Counted from the stretch's first letter, positions 13,201 through 27,710 are shown. The stretch is DNA of 64,000 bases from Paraspadella gotoi (GCA_051294375.1 CM119265.1:25033256-25097255), one strand, 5' to 3'. The notes: generated by a model from the sequence alone, not told the origin. Numbers and translations: made by a program.

Positions 13201-14454
13201 TGGCTCAACTATTAGTATGATAATATTAATAATGACTTCACTTTGCAACTTAAAGTTTATTAGATTTTTTGGGGATTTATATATATAATAAAGATTTCAA
13301 ATTTCTACAAGCTTTTAGCCGTTAGGAGATTTTTATTTGTTTCCAACATGTACGCCGCCTTCTATGCGCGAGCTTCAAGCTTGAGCTACTAGAAAGGGCC
13401 TCAAACCGTTTGGGCCTTTCAGCTCCGAAAAAATCGCGGTAATCTCAATAAAACATGATTCTCAGCAAGATTTTCTCCCATATTTTTTTTTTTTTATCTT
13501 CGGTGGGGAAATAAGGGATTATCTATTTTTTAGGTCATCGACAGTTGTACGGACCCAAACTCAAACGATCTTGAACTCCTCACTGACAACAGTGCAACTG
13601 TTTGCTTTCCTCTTTTTTCAAGGGCGCAAGCCCGATTATTTCGTTTTTGGTGATTTTGGAGAATTCGAAGAACCCAGCAAAAGATTTCCGAAGTTTTCTA
13701 TTTTCTTTTACAGCTCAAACTGTCCTCAAGTCCTCAGATCTTACGTTACAAAATACAGTCAAATTTTAACGCAAAAAGAAACTCATCTGCCGCAAGACGG
13801 ATTCACAGCGATCCAATCCGCGTCGTAAGCGTTACCGCCTTGAAAACACAATACACTTACCTGGTTTTTAAAACAACAATATTCATCCGTTTCCCCTACC
13901 CTCAGGAACTCTCTAGCTATACGGGAATAAGCCACGCCCATCGAGAGCTTCAATGCGCAAAAGGCCTTTGGGAGAGAAAGAGTGTCGGGATTGAAGAGGG
14001 GTTGGACGAGAGCTGGTTGGGAGCGAGAGCGTGGATCTGTGATGAAAGGGGGGAGCGCTTAGAAACGACAGGGCCTCGAATGAACAAGAAATAAAATTCA
14101 TGACATTCCTTTTCGCTCATTGTGCTAGAATTCGACCCCTTGCTCGTACTTTTATTGGAATGGCAGCACAAGAGTTAAATAAGGACACGTTTTTTATTCC
14201 TTCAAGTCCGTTGAATAAAAAAAAACGTTTACGAGGCCCTCTCAAGGAGAAATTGTAATTTCACACAATTGAAAACAACAGCATGATTATTGCTCACTAC
14301 TAACGCTGGAATCACCTTTTCTTCTTCCTGTATATCGCTATCACTGACTCTTTCTATCACATCCTCTATACACATACCTCCCCTATCTAGACCCCCTCTC
14401 TTCCACAACTTTCATCATTCGCGATTCAGCATCGAGACTTTCCGGTCAAAAATT

Positions 14455-14690
14455 AACCGCGAGCGCCGGTCACGTCCCGGTGCGGGGCCCGGGCGCTCGA
14501 GCGATTGGGGGATTGGAGGAGAGGGGGCGGTTGATAGAGAGGGGGGCTGCGGACGCGGGTGGTGCGGCGCGGCTTGCGGGTGCATGGAGCGGAAGAGGAC
14601 GGCGCCGCTCGGGCGAGATCGAAACGGCGTGAAGGCGGAGGAGCGCCGACCGTGACCCGTGACATCCAGAGGCGCAGGTGGGCGATCGAA
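14455..14690. promoter_or_regulatory. CpG/GC-rich island with GC-box-like motifs, possible promoter or first exon
   Basis: Sharp GC/CpG peak in AT-rich surroundings, GGGGCGG near 14524, possible donor cag|gtggg near 14677. Confidence 0.35.
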
Positions 14691-15438
14691 AAAAAAAAAG
14701 AAAATGGGAGAGAAGGATTTTCAGTCTTTGTTTGGACTTTGTTTTTGTTGACGCTGTTGTCGTTTTGATTCGAAGCTGTTGTCGCTGTTGACAATTGTTG
14801 TTGCTGGTTTACGATTTCGTTGATTTTGACGCCTGGTGGGCTGGTGGCTGTTTTAAACAACATCCAATTCTGAAAGTTGCAACGATTGCACCCGAACTAT
14901 GACGATGACGACGATGACAAAACAATGGAGATGACGACGACGATAAAATCGACGTAAAGACAACGACCAAATTGATAACGACGAAAACGATGCCTGATGA
15001 AAACAGACGACGAACAAAAATGCAACACGAAAACTGAACAGACGAGACGAAAACTGATAAGGACAAGAATGACAACGATGAAAACGACCAGCGCGTAAAG
15101 TGATGACGACGAAACGGATAAACGACGAAAACGAAGACTAACGAAAAAAGACGACGACGCCGCGAAAGTTAGGTGCCGCCAGATCGAGACTCTAGGGGTG
15201 AGAGAGAAAAATTCATACTCGGTCCCCGATGTATATGGCAGAATGAAGATGGGAGTAGAGAAGAATCTGCTGATTTATTCAAAAGACCGACTTCGCCCCA
15301 AAAGATAAGGTTACGGATTTCTTATCGCGCCAAATATGATCGAGATAATAACTCATGTCGATTGGCAAGGATGAAAGGGAGAGAAGAGAGAGAGAGAGAG
15401 AGAGAAGAAGAGAGAAGAGAGAAGAGAGAGAGAGACGT

Positions 15439-15472
<34 letters not shown>

Positions 15473-18400
15473 TGAGAGAGGAAGAGAGAGTAGAGAGAGA
15501 AGAGAGAGAAGCATCCATTATCTCGTCCAGAAGTTCTTTAAATTTTTAACTCGTTCTTGAGTTCACTTCAAAACTATTGGGCTCTTCTTTATAGCTTCCA
15601 TTTCAAATTTTCGCGCATGTTTTTCAACTTACTTTGCTTCAATTGCAGGATATCCATTTTGATCTGCAATAATCTTTCGCTACGTCTGCAGATATGGACT
15701 TTTTTCCAGATTTGTTTTCAGTTCGTTTTATGATTTTTAGTTTTTTTTTTATTGGTGACAATTTGTAACATTTATTTGTTTACTCTCTTCTCTTAAGCAT
15801 ATTTGATGATTTAAATTAAATTACTTTTAAAAATTCATTTAATAAGCTTTTGCTAATTCTCATGCCGGTTTTTCTCTTTTTGGTTTTTTCCTGCGATTCG
15901 GTTCTTTCCCGCGTTTCGGTCGAAAAGGCGCTCAATCCAAAAAGACGTCCGATGCTTCCTCAGGTAAGCAGTCCGCTCGCACTCGAATTTCAAATTAAAA
16001 ATTTAAAAATGCAAATGAGCTTAAAGACACTGGAAACTGGGAAAGTTGGAGAAGAAAGGCGGGAGAGAAAGAGAGAGAGAAAAAACATGATAAGAAAAAG
16101 AAAAGTAAAAGAAGAAGAGAAAAAAAACAGCAGGGAGAGAGAATAAGAGAGAGTGATAAATTCGATTTTTCGTCCACCTTTAAAAAAAAACTATTTTTAA
16201 ATCCTTCTTTGAAATCCACGGAAGGCTCTCTCTCTCTCTCTCTCTCTCTCTCTGCTCTCTCTCTCATTCTCTCTCTCTCTCCAGCGATCGTTCTCTCTGC
16301 TCTCTCATCTCTCTCTCTCTCTCTTTTTCTCTCAAACTAAACCCATATTCTAAGCCTTGAGGCGGGGGGAATGCCGAAACTTGGAAGCGAGAAAATAAGT
16401 CGAAGTGAAAAGAGGAAAGAAAAAGAACAAAGAAATACAAAGGAGGAGCAATAAAAAGAAAGAGAGGAAAGAGGGGCGAGGAAGAAGAAGATGTAAATAA
16501 AAAGAGAATAAAAAGAGCAAAGAAAGAGAAAAAAGTAAAGAAGACGAGAGGTAAAAATGAAATATGGATAAATAGGATGATTCAAAAGAGGTTGAATCAA
16601 ATGATGAAAGGAAATGTGAAAAGAGACGATAAGGAAAGGCCGAGCGAAGACGAAGAGACGAATAAATGAATGAGTGATAAATGAAAAAGATAAAATGAAA
16701 GAATAATGATGAAAATGATGAAAGAATAAATCGAATGAATGCATGACTGAATGAATGAATGAATGAATGAAGAATAATGAATGAGATAATAATGAACCGA
16801 GAACGATGAGAGAGCGGCCACACCGCGTAAACAATATCAGAAATAGGAGAACTAAAGGGAATGACATTTCAAGGAGACGTTAATTTTTGAAAGGATTGGG
16901 AAATAGGGAAAAAGTATAGAGATTAGATAAGAGTGAGGCGAGGTGCAAAAAAGAACAGAGAGAGAGAGAGGAGAGGGAGAGGAGAGCAGAAGGGAAGAGA
17001 GAGAAAAGGAGAGAGAGGAGAGAGAAGAGGGAGAGAGAGAGAAGAGAGAAGAGAGGAGAAGAGAGGACTTAAGCGGAGAGAATGAAACGGGAACACGAAG
17101 AGAGAGAGAGACTACGCCTAAGCCATGGAAGATGGAAAAATTTGCCACGGAGGAAAGGGGCGAAGAGGGAGGGAGAGAGAAAGAGAGAAGAGAGCCAGAG
17201 AGAGGAAGGCGAGGAGGAAGAGAGAGAAAGAGAGAAGAGAGAGAGAGAAGGTGGGGGAGACCAGAAGGCGGGAGGACTGAAGCGGATTAGAGATTGGAAA
17301 TGAAACCACGAAAGTAGTTAGACATACTAATCTTTCATTCAAAGTTAATTGAAAAGCTATGCGCGGAACTTGGGAAAGTTGGGGGGAGTAGGGGGGGGGG
17401 GAAGGGTGATGGAATTTGGTAGTCGAGGTTGATAGGATAACGAGAAATTTATGCACTTGATAAACCAAATAGAAACTAGAGCTGCTTTTTTTCTTTGGTC
17501 CGTGATTTATGTGTTTTGAAATTTAAAACTAAAGTCATATTTTCGGAAGGAGAACTAGCATGTTTTATAGTTTCCGGTTTCAACAAAGAACAAGACGACT
17601 GCCGCACATCCGCGCTGAAACTGCGGTTGCAACGACGATGGCAAGCGCGGAGAAGCAAAAGAAGACGACGAGAGGCGGAGACGAGCGGGCGGACGCACAG
17701 AGCGGCCGCCTGACGCCGGGCCCTGACGCCGCGCCTGACGAAGGCTTAGGGCCGACGTCAGAAACGCGCAAAGTGACGCCACTCCAGTTTGACGGACGGG
17801 GCCATCAAGGGCAGGAAGAAAGAGCGAACGGCGAAAAACAGAGGATGGAAACTGGCTTAGGGTGCTCGGGATGTACAGTCGGTCCTCGATGGTTAGTTGA
17901 CATCGTACAAGTCGAAAGAAAGTGTTAAGTAACAAGAGATCAAGGTTACGCAGAAAAAGAAATTGTAAGATATTTTCCAAGTTAAAATATACTATGTAAG
18001 AAGGATGTTATCTTCTTGAACTTTTGGAACATAAATCCTTTCACATATGCTCGACCTGTTCCATGGGGCACTGAGGAAGCAGCTTCGTGCCGCATCGGGA
18101 GAACAGCCTTTTTGCACGGCTTGTTTAAAAGCCATTCCATTAAGGTTAAGAGATCTGAAGTAAGGTAGGTTAGAAGAAGCTAGTTTCTTCTTCTAAAGTC
18201 AGCTTTCCAATTCCAGGGCTTTGGAGATCCACCGCCTTACTAATAGTCTTCGGACGAAGTTCAATCCAGTCCTCCTGTCTCTCGTCAGAGTCACACTCTC
18301 TCTCTCACTCCAAAAGAGNNNNNNNNNNNNNNNNNNNNNNNNNCTCTCTCTCAAACAGAATCTTTTTAAAGCTCATATGCGTGTGACGAACTTTCACAAT

Positions 18401-19649
18401 TCTCTCGCCGAACTTGAAGCGGATTTGATTATTTTTGTTGTTGTTGTTGTTGTCGTCGTTGTCGCGCTTGTTCTTGGTTGTTCGGCAAATGAAAATTGAT
18501 AGGGGACCGCAGGGAAACTATTGCGTAGATGTTGAAATAACAAACAAAAAATAAGCGTAAAGATTAACAAATCAGTACAAATTTAGACAAAAAAAAAGAA
18601 GAAATAATATGCACGAAAAAGAAACTTTAAAAAATTTAAATAATTTAAAAAGAAAATGGGTGGAAGTATTTATTATGTAAGTATGAAAGAAAGTATGGAA
18701 GAGCAAAGTCAAAAACCGGGATGAAAGATATTAGGAGAGAAAATTGGCTGGGGGATTTTAGAAGGGAAGAATCCTAAACGGATGGCAGAGGGCAAAGGAA
18801 AAAAATGAGAGGGAATAACTGGGAAAAGCGGGGTGGGTTTGGGTAAGTGCTGAAGACTAGTATCCGTAACTTCTGTGCTCCCTAAAGCAATGGAACTGGT
18901 CCTGGGCATGGAGCCGGGCTTGCGGGTTTTCCAGGCCCCCAAGGCGGTTTACGGCCGTCTTCACGCTTCCCGCAGGGTTGGTACCGAGTTGGGATTGACC
19001 AATGACCATGGTACTTCGTGGTCATGAGCTGATGGCTTTACCGAATGAGTCAGCGGGTTCACGACTCGGAATGAGGAGTCATGCGTATAGGCGGGGTGAA
19101 CATATGGAATGCGAGACTACAGGGAAAGCGGGTAATGAGGAGGAGGGGAAGGGGGAATATAGGAGGAGGGGGGAAGGAGGGATGAGGAGGAGGGGGAAGA
19201 AGAGAATGAGGATGAGGGGTCGGTGGATATAAGGAGGTGGGGAAAAAGGGAAGTGAACACTGTTCCGGATATACTACTGGGGAAGGGACAGGGGAAATAA
19301 GGAGGAAGGGTAGGGGAATAAGTAGTTGAAAAAATGGGATAAAATGAGGGGAAAAAGAAGGGGGAAAAGGTAAATGGAAAACAGAGTAAAGAAGAAAATG
19401 GAAGAAAATGAAAAAAAAAGGAAAAAGGAAAGAAAAAAAAGTTTTAAAAAAATGGAAATTTATGAAAACATAATTGGAAAAAGGGCGATGGTAAAAAAGC
19501 TCGAGTGGAAATTTCTAGAAAGTTGATTGTTAAAGAGAAGATGAGACAGAAAAAAGTTATTGGGAGAAAAAAAAAAGAGTTGAGGTAAAATGACGACTAA
19601 AGAGACAAGCAATCTTTGAACTATGAAAAGATTGATTAACTGTGAAGAG

Positions 19650-19935
19650 ACAAAAACAAGAGACGAACAAGAGGATTGAGAGAAGAACAAGGGAAGAACG
19701 AGAGAAGAACAAGAGGATTAAGAAAAGAACAAGAGACGAACAAGAGGATTATGAAAATAACAAGAGAAAAACAAGAGGATTAAGAGAAGAACAAGAGAAG
19801 AATAAGAGGATTAAGAGAAGAACAAGAGAAGAACATTAGGATTAAGAGAAAAACAAGAGAAGAACAAGAGAATTAAGAAAAGAACAAGAGAAGAACAAGA
19901 GGATTAAGAGAAAAACAAAAGAAGAACAAGAGGAG
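19650..19935. repeat. Minisatellite, ~31-bp unit with AAGAGAAGAAC subunits
   Basis: aagaggattaagagaagaacaagagaagaac repeated with variants. Confidence 0.8.
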
Positions 19936-20149
19936 ACAGAGAGAGAGCGTGTCATTAAATTTTGATAGAAAAAAATTTCATTGTGAAAACAAAGAAAACT
20001 TTTTCATCAAAAACGTTAAACCAACGAAAAAGGAAAAATACACAAAAGAATGTATTATACTAATTCTTTAAAAAATAAAATAAATAAGCCGAATGTTATC
20101 GAAATTGGAAAGAAGAAAGCGACAGAAAATAGAAATTATCGAAAAGAAG

Positions 20150-20580
20150 AATGAAAATGAGGAGGAAAAAAAATGAGGAGGAAGGCAAAAAAGAAAATGA
20201 GGAGGAAAGGAAAAAAGAAAATAAGGGGAAAAGTAAAAAAGAAAATAAGTAAGAAAGGAAAAAAGAAAAGGAGGAGAAAAGGAAAAAAGAAAATGAGGAG
20301 GAGAGGAAAAAAGAAAATTAGGAGGAAAGGAAAAAAGAAAATAAGGAAGAAAGGAAAAAAGAAAATAAGGAAGAAAGGAAAAAAGAAAATGAGAAGGAAA
20401 GGAAAAAAGAAAATGAGGAGGAAAGGAAAAAAGAAAATAAGGAGGAAAGAAAAGATGAAAATGAGAAGGAAAGGGAAAAAAAATGAGGAGGAAAGGAAAA
20501 AAGAAAATAAGGAGGAAAGAAAAAAGAAAATGAGGAGGAAAGGAAAAAGAAAATGAGGAGGAAAGGAAAAAATAAAGAAG
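20150..20580. repeat. 24-bp purine-rich minisatellite
   Basis: aaatgaggaggaaaggaaaaaaga units; source of the RRKGKKKM pseudo-ORF. Confidence 0.85.
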
Positions 20581-22364
20581 AAAAGAGCAACCGGAACTCG
20601 GGAGCCGCGAAAGTAAACAAAGTCTGTGAGGGGAAGGGCCGCGGCAGCCGCGGCGACGGCGGCGGCGGAGACGGAGGCTGCGGCACCGGCTGCAGGGAAA
20701 TTGATGAGGGCCGCATCAGCGGAATTGATTAAGACAAGGGACGCCTCAATTTTGAGAGAGAGTGAGATAGAGAGAAAGGGAGGGAGACGGACTGGTAGGG
20801 AGCGAGAGAGAGAGAGAGACAACAACCGACAAAGATAGAGAATAAAATGACAGAGAGAGAGAGACAGAGACAGAGACAAGAGCCCGTCTCGCAAATGAAG
20901 CGAACCGAGGCGCGGAAATGAAGNNNNNNNNNNNNNNNNNNNNNNNNNNNNNNNNNNNNNNNNNNNNNNNNNNNNNNNNNNNNNNNNNNNNNNNNNNNNN
21001 NNNNNNNNNNNNNNNNNNNNNNNNNNNNNNNNNNNNNNNNNNNNNNNNNNNNNNNNNNNNNNNNNNNNNNNNNNNNNNNNNNNNNNNNNNNNNNNNNNNN
21101 NNNNNNNNNNNNNNNNNNNNNNNNNNNNNNNNNNNNNNAGAGAGTTTGATATCGGAAGAAAAAATAGGGAATTCGTCGAGTGACAAAAAAAGGCGCGCGA
21201 AAAAATCGACACTAAAATTGGTTGATTCGATCTCACAACNNNNNNNNNNNNNNNNNNNNNNNNNNNNNNNNNNNNNNNNNNNNNNNNNNNNNNNNNNNNN
21301 NNNNNNNNNNNNNNNNNNNNNNNNNNNNNNNNNNNNNNNNNNNNNNNNNNNNNNNNNNNNNNNNNNNNNNNNNNNNNNNNNNNNNNNNNNNNNNNNNNNN
21401 NNNNNNNNNNNNNNNNNNNNNNNNNNNNNNNNNNNNNNNNNNNNNNNNNNNNNGGAGCTCGATTGAGAACGAGGTAAAGAGGAAGAGGAGGAGGATAACG
21501 TGTAAAAGCAGTAGGAGAAGGAAGAGAAGCAGGAAAAAGAAAAACAAAGGGAAGAATANNNNNNNNNNAAAAAAAAAATTGGCGATTTAAAAAAGTGTGA
21601 AACCGAAACAGAAAGTTCATTTCGGGGGGAAAAAAAAACTTTTGTTGGCTTTTCCGAATATTTATGTTTTGGTTACTTTATTTTTAAAAAAGTTACTATG
21701 TTAAACTCTAACGATATAAAATCTCGCGTTTAATCAATCCATTAATTAAACATTTTAAACATTTTTAGTAAGAATTTTATAAATGAAATAAACTTCATTT
21801 CAACTAGGACGAAAATGCTTGCTGATTTCTTTCTTTATCTTCTCTTCAAATTGAATAAAGAATCTGACGGATCAGCGATTCGCTCGGGCGGTTTGATGGC
21901 GACGCCCGGACTTTGCTGACGCGTTGCTAAGGCGTTACTAGGGCGTTGATAGGGCGTTGCCAAGGGCGTTGTTAAGTTGTCGTATAGTGGAGTCCGCTTA
22001 GCGAGGGCCATCCAATTGCAAAGGTGGAAAAATTTATATTCACGTGGAATAAATGTGCAAAAAATGTTTCGTGACAGTTTTTTTCTTTGATTTGCAAAGG
22101 TTCACTTTCCGCGGGTACGAAAACAAATACAAAAACAAAAGTCATTGGTAAAAATTATTTTAAATGCGGTTAATTAAAAAAATGATCAAATTAGTAGGAT
22201 AAACATCGAAACAGCAATAATTCATTTAGGATACATATAGTATACGTCGTATATACTAAAAAGAAATCAGATTATTTTTTTCGACATTTTATGATACTAA
22301 AATAAATTTAAAAAAAGTACTTCTACACCTTAGCTTTGATGTCGGTTACCCTAAAAAACCTATG

Positions 22365-22527
22365 GTGGACTAAAATCGACCAACCGTTTATCAGCGACCA
22401 TTGGTGCCGGAGGCAAGTCATTCGCCTCCCAACCAAAAGGTCCTGGGTTCTAGCCTGGTGGCCGCCTTGCAGTTAAAAGGGACGGGGCGCTTAACCCGCC
22501 TGTAACACGGTTTTACAGCCTGATCCG
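22365..22527 (+). mobile_element. tRNA-derived SINE-like element with degenerate tRNA-Gly(CCC)-like head at 22394-22466
   Basis: GCGACCA...TGGCCGC acceptor-like pairing ~72 nt apart, CTCCCAA loop, B-box-like GGTTCTAGCC, conserved 3' tail; second copy at ~2109. Confidence 0.6.
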
Positions 22528-24919
22528 TCACTAACTCATAACAATAATTACTGTCTCTTCAAACCCATCGTATCAAAATGATAATCATTATTCGATGTTG
22601 AAGACTCGTATTTGAGTCGAAACATGTCCTTTTCCTATTAAAATAAAAACAAATTCTTTTTGCTAAAATGATAATGAAAATTGTTAACAAAAACAATATT
22701 GAGTGCCTTGATGAAAAAATTAAATAATTAAATAAAGAGGAATTAATTAATTAATTTATATTCATACTGAATTGTGCAAAAATAAAAGAAAAGTAAAAGT
22801 TATACATGTGTAAATTAAAAAAAAACATGCTGAGAAGAGGTTTTTTTTTACTAATTAATGTAGCTAAACGTTTGCATCAGGCATGACCATACCATTTATA
22901 ACTTGATTTTCAATATTGTGGGTTTCTCTCGAACGATGACGTTGCTATGGTTTTACGTACCATCCCTCCGACTGGCACTAAAAGAAACTTGTCCTTAAGC
23001 ATTTCTTAAATTAACTATTAAACTAAGCAACGACTCAATTACCATTCGAGCCTGAAATACGGTGCCCAGACGTCGGTGCATTCGCCGCTTATTTGCAGTG
23101 CCTCTTAAAGTCAGCGCGTTTGTCGAGCCGCTCATTTGCGGTCCCTCTTAGATCCGGTGCCATTAGAAAAACCCCTGCGCTGTGATTTTATTGTTGCGCT
23201 CTTACTCCGCTCGGCGGGAAGCAGCGAAATTACTGTTTATCCGTCAAGGAGATCGATNNNNNNNNNNNNNNNNNNNNNNNNNNNNNNNNNNNNNNNNNNN
23301 NNNNNNNNNNNNNNNNNNNNNNNNNNNNNNNNNNNNNNNNNNNNNNNNNNNNNNNNNNNNNNNNNNNNNNNNNNNNNNNNNNNNNNNNNNNNNNNNNNNN
23401 NNNNNNNNNNNNNNNNNNNNNNNNNNNNNNNNNNNNNNNNNNNNNNNNNNNNNNNNNNNNNNNNNNNNNNNNNNNNNNNNNNNNNNNNNNNNNNNNNNNN
23501 NNNNNNNNNNNNNNNNNNNNNNNNNNNNNNNNNNNNNNNNNNNNNNNNNNNNNNNNNNNNNNNNNNNNNNNNNNNNNNNNNNNNNNNNNNNNNNNNNNNN
23601 NNNNNNNNNNNNNNNNNNNNNNNNNNNNNNNNNNNNNNNNNNNNNNNNNNNNNNNNNNNNNNNNNNNNNNNNNNNNNNNNNNNNNNNNNNNNNNNNNNNN
23701 NNNNNNNNNNNNNNNNNNNNNNNNNNNNNNNNNNNNNNNNNNNNNNNNNNNNNNNNNNNNNNNNNNNNNNNNNNNNNNNNNNNNNNNNNNNNNNNNNNNN
23801 NNNNNNNNNNNNNNNNNNNNNNNNNNNNNNNNNNNNNNNNNNNNNNNNNNNNNNNNNNNNNNNNNNNNNNNNNNNNNNNNNNNNNNNNNNNNGAGAGAGA
23901 GAGAGAGAAAAGAGAGAGAGCTATACACTATTTATAAAGAACAAAAGAGAAAGAAAGAAATGTTTAACGGGAGAACCGGAGATACTTTAAAGCAAAAGAA
24001 AAAAAAAGCGAGAGAGCGACTACACTTAAATGTAGTACCATAAAGAGAAAGGGAGAGAAAAGCGAAACGGCCCGGCCTGTACGATTCATTAGCGGTTGGA
24101 CTCTCCAACTATTTTGCGCATAATTTTCACATTTTCATGCATTCAAATTATGATTTTTTTTCTCGACGTCGTCCGAGATTTTTTCTTCTCCTGGTCGCGC
24201 GGGAATTTGAGGTTTAAGCGAGAAAATGTTTAGTTTATATAAAATGTGGCAAATTAAATAATTTTTGTATGATTAATTGAATAGTATAATCCATGCAAAT
24301 GAAAGTTTTCATTTCGGGACTGAGGTACGAGTAACTTTAGGTGTCACAAACACGATTTCTCTATATGTCTCACTGTCTTTCTCTGTTCTCTATTCTTTCT
24401 CTCTCTCTCTTTCTCTCTCTCTCTCNNNNNNNNNNNNNNNNNNNNNNNNNNNNNNNNNNNNNNNNNNNNNNNNNNNNNNNNNNNNNNNNNNNNNNNNNNN
24501 NNNNNNNNNNNNNNNNNNNNNNNNNNNNNNNNNNNNNNNNNNNNNNNNNNNNNNNNNNNNNNNNNNNNNNNNNNNNNNNNNNNNNNNNNNNNNNNNNNNN
24601 NNNNNNNNNNNNNTTTGTTGTTGTTGTTATTATTGTTTTTTCAAAGGCGTGTTTCTCCATATATAACTCTTCTTCATATATGTTTTTTTCTTCTTTTTTT
24701 TCCTTCATATGTTTTTGTTGTCGTTGGTTCTGTCAAGGTTGTTCTTTCGTTACGGTTGGTTACTTCCTCTTTTCCCGCCAGGATCGTTGGGTAGAGGGGC
24801 GAGGTTGTGCGAGTCTTTCGTTTGTTTGTGTTTTTATTGTCCCTTTTGAAAAAAAAACGTGTTTTCAGACGGTAAATTATCCTTGTTTTCATATTTTATC
24901 ACAATCAGTGTCTTATTTT

Positions 24920-25034
<115 letters not shown>

Positions 25035-25267
25035 TCCATCTCATCGTCGGAGTTGTTATTCATCACATCCCTGTCTTCATTTCACTCCTCTCGGTCCTTA
25101 CCTTTCACTAGAGATCGAATTTCACTTCACTTCCTCACAACATCAAATTCTCTCCATCACGAATCCATCAGTAATTAAAAACTGAAACGGGTCTCATAAT
25201 CCTTGTTCGGTATTCTTCCTTTTAATTGAGGCAATTTTCACGAAAGATTAGGCCTGCTCACACCACT

Positions 25268-25470
25268 GCATTTCACCCTTCACAATTCAATTTTCACAGT
25301 TCACACCAAACACTTCACATTTCACCATTCACAGTTCACACAAATACCTTCACATTTAACCTATCACAGTTTACACAAAACCCTTCACATTTCATCTTTC
25401 ACTGTTCACATATAACCCTTCACATTTCACCTTTCACAGTTCATATAAAACCCTTCACATTTCACATTTT
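25268..25470. repeat. Degenerate minisatellite with cttcacatttcac...cacagttcac units
   Basis: Several imperfect ~33-bp copies. Confidence 0.7.
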
Positions 25471-27594
25471 TTCCTAATTTTCTTTCTCATTTTATTTTAC
25501 CTCATCATACTTCTGAATTTTTTCTTCCTTTTTCCCCATCACCTTAATTCCTTCTTTTCTTCCGCAACCTTTTAACCCATCTCGTACTTCATCACCTCTC
25601 ACCCCATCACTCTCCATCATTCTTCTCACTCCATCAATCCACGTCGCCATTTTGTTTTCTCTCTCTTGTTTTTGGTTTTCTTTTTTTTTTTTTTGTTAAG
25701 ACGACGACGACGACGACGATGACGACGATGAAGAAGAAGACGGATGTTCTGAATTCGACGACGACAACGACGACGACGGCGACGACAACGACGACGACGA
25801 CGAAGACGACGACGTTTTCTATAATACGAAATTTAGATTCATACGTAAATGAGAATTAAATAATATATTGCCAATGCTGCTTAAAAGTTAACACCATACA
25901 CTAAAGAATATATTTACTGGGAAACAGGTAAACTGACTTCTCTTTATTTCTGCATCGCAGACGCCGATTGGTGCAAAAAAAANNNNNNNNNNNNNNNNNN
26001 NNNNNNNNNNNNNNNNNNNNNNNNNNNNNNNNNNNNNNNNNNNNNNNNNNNNNNNNNNNNNNNNNNNNNNNNNNNNNNNNNNNNNNNNNNNNNNNNNNNN
26101 NNNNNNNNNNNNNNNNNNNNNNNNNNNNNNNNNNNNNNNNNNNNNNNNNNNNNNNNNNNNNNNNNNNNNNNNNNNNNNNNNNNNNNNNNNNNNNNNNNNN
26201 GGAATTTTGAAAAAAATTATGTTGAATCTATTTTTTTTTTATATTTTCGAATTCCGATGAGACAAAACAGAAAAGATGACGTCAATGACAACAACAACAA
26301 CGACGACGACGACAACATTAACAACGATAGAGATTTCGAGATTCGACATTGACTCTTTCTGTCATGAGGTCGATTCTGAAGAACAGCTTCGTTTTTATTT
26401 AAGTCCTTACCTCTGTTACTGAAAGAAAGANNNNNNNNNNNNNNNNNNNNNNNNNNNNNNNNNNNNNNNNNNNNNNNNNNNNNNNNNNNNNNNNNNNNNN
26501 NNNNNNNNNNNNNNNNNNNNNNNNNNNNNNNNNNNNNNNNNNNNNNNNNNNNNNNNNNNNNNNNNNNNNNNNNNNNNNNNNNNNNNNNNNNNNNNNNNNN
26601 NNNNNNNNNNNNNNNNNTGAGCGTTCATCACAGACGCAGAAACGAGTTGCGAGGCGCCGAGTGAAAACAATTTTTTTTTCTCTCCCCGATTTTTCTTTTT
26701 TTTTATTTATAAAAAGTAAGAATCCATTTCCTCCTGTTAATCTCCTCTTTTCCTCCCTCCCTCATTCCTTTCCTCCTCTTAGTCTCCTTTCCTCCTTACT
26801 TCTTTCCATTCCTCCTCTTTAACTCCTCCTTTCCTTCCTGCCTTTTACTTTCCTCTCTTCATCCCTTCCCACGCCATTCTCTTATTCTCCCTTCCTATTT
26901 TTCTGCCGCTCATCTCTTTTTTTCTTGCCTTCTATCTCTTTTAAAATTCCCCTTATAAATCTACTCCTCGCTTCCCTCGACCCGAAATGATTTCTTTTCT
27001 TTTTTAAGCCACAACTTAAGACGGTTAAGGATATTTTCACAAGTCTCTAAAAAGATTTGTACATAGTTCTAAAAATCATTATTATATAATTAACATTATC
27101 CCAAACATATTTCTCTTTTGGGGCAAATTTAGAAAGACTGCGCTTTGACTGAATGAAATCTGTTTTTTGTTGATCGTTTATCACACAACCGCGATGAGTT
27201 AAGACTGATGGTTTTGCTAACAATTATCAAGACTAAAAAAAATTGCCTTAGTCTTCCCAAGAGAGAAAAATACCCTGCGTGGAATTTATATTAATGATTA
27301 AAATCTGGCAAAATATTTTGACAAAAGATAAAATATTTTGCTAAAATGACAAATTGGGAAAAACGAAAATTTGGTTGAAAAGTAGACGATGGAAGAAGAA
27401 TTGCAAATGCGATACACATTACACATTACGCATTATACAATTCACTCTGCGTATTACACAGTATTAGTTACACATGAAAAAAAAAGAAAAGAACGAAAGG
27501 AATAAAGGAAGAAGAAAGGAAGGAATAATTTAATTATTTAAAATCAATTAATTGAACAAACCAGTAAGAAAGGTAAATTCAAAACCTGTTCCGT

Positions 27595-27710
27595 AGAGTG
27601 ACGTAGATTCTTTCGACCAATCGAAGATCCACGAGTCCTCGATAATAGCCAATCAGCGCTCGAAGTTTTTCCTACAAGTTCGATCGCCAAAACTGAATCA
27701 GTCAGTCTCA
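27595..27710 (+). promoter_or_regulatory. Candidate promoter of the kinase-KEN gene
   Basis: TGACGT at 27599, CCAAT at 27617 and 27649, TCAGTC initiator-like motif at 27698, about 470 bp upstream of ATG 28172. Confidence 0.45.

Noticed and set aside
17560-17928. GC-rich ORF MASAEKQKK...
   Set aside because: No recognisable domain or convincing splice partners
20173-20556. Protamine-like K/R-rich ORF
   Set aside because: Product of a 24-bp purine minisatellite
22394-22466. Functional tRNA-Gly(CCC)
   Set aside because: Anticodon stem mismatched and T-arm short; embedded in a dispersed repeat
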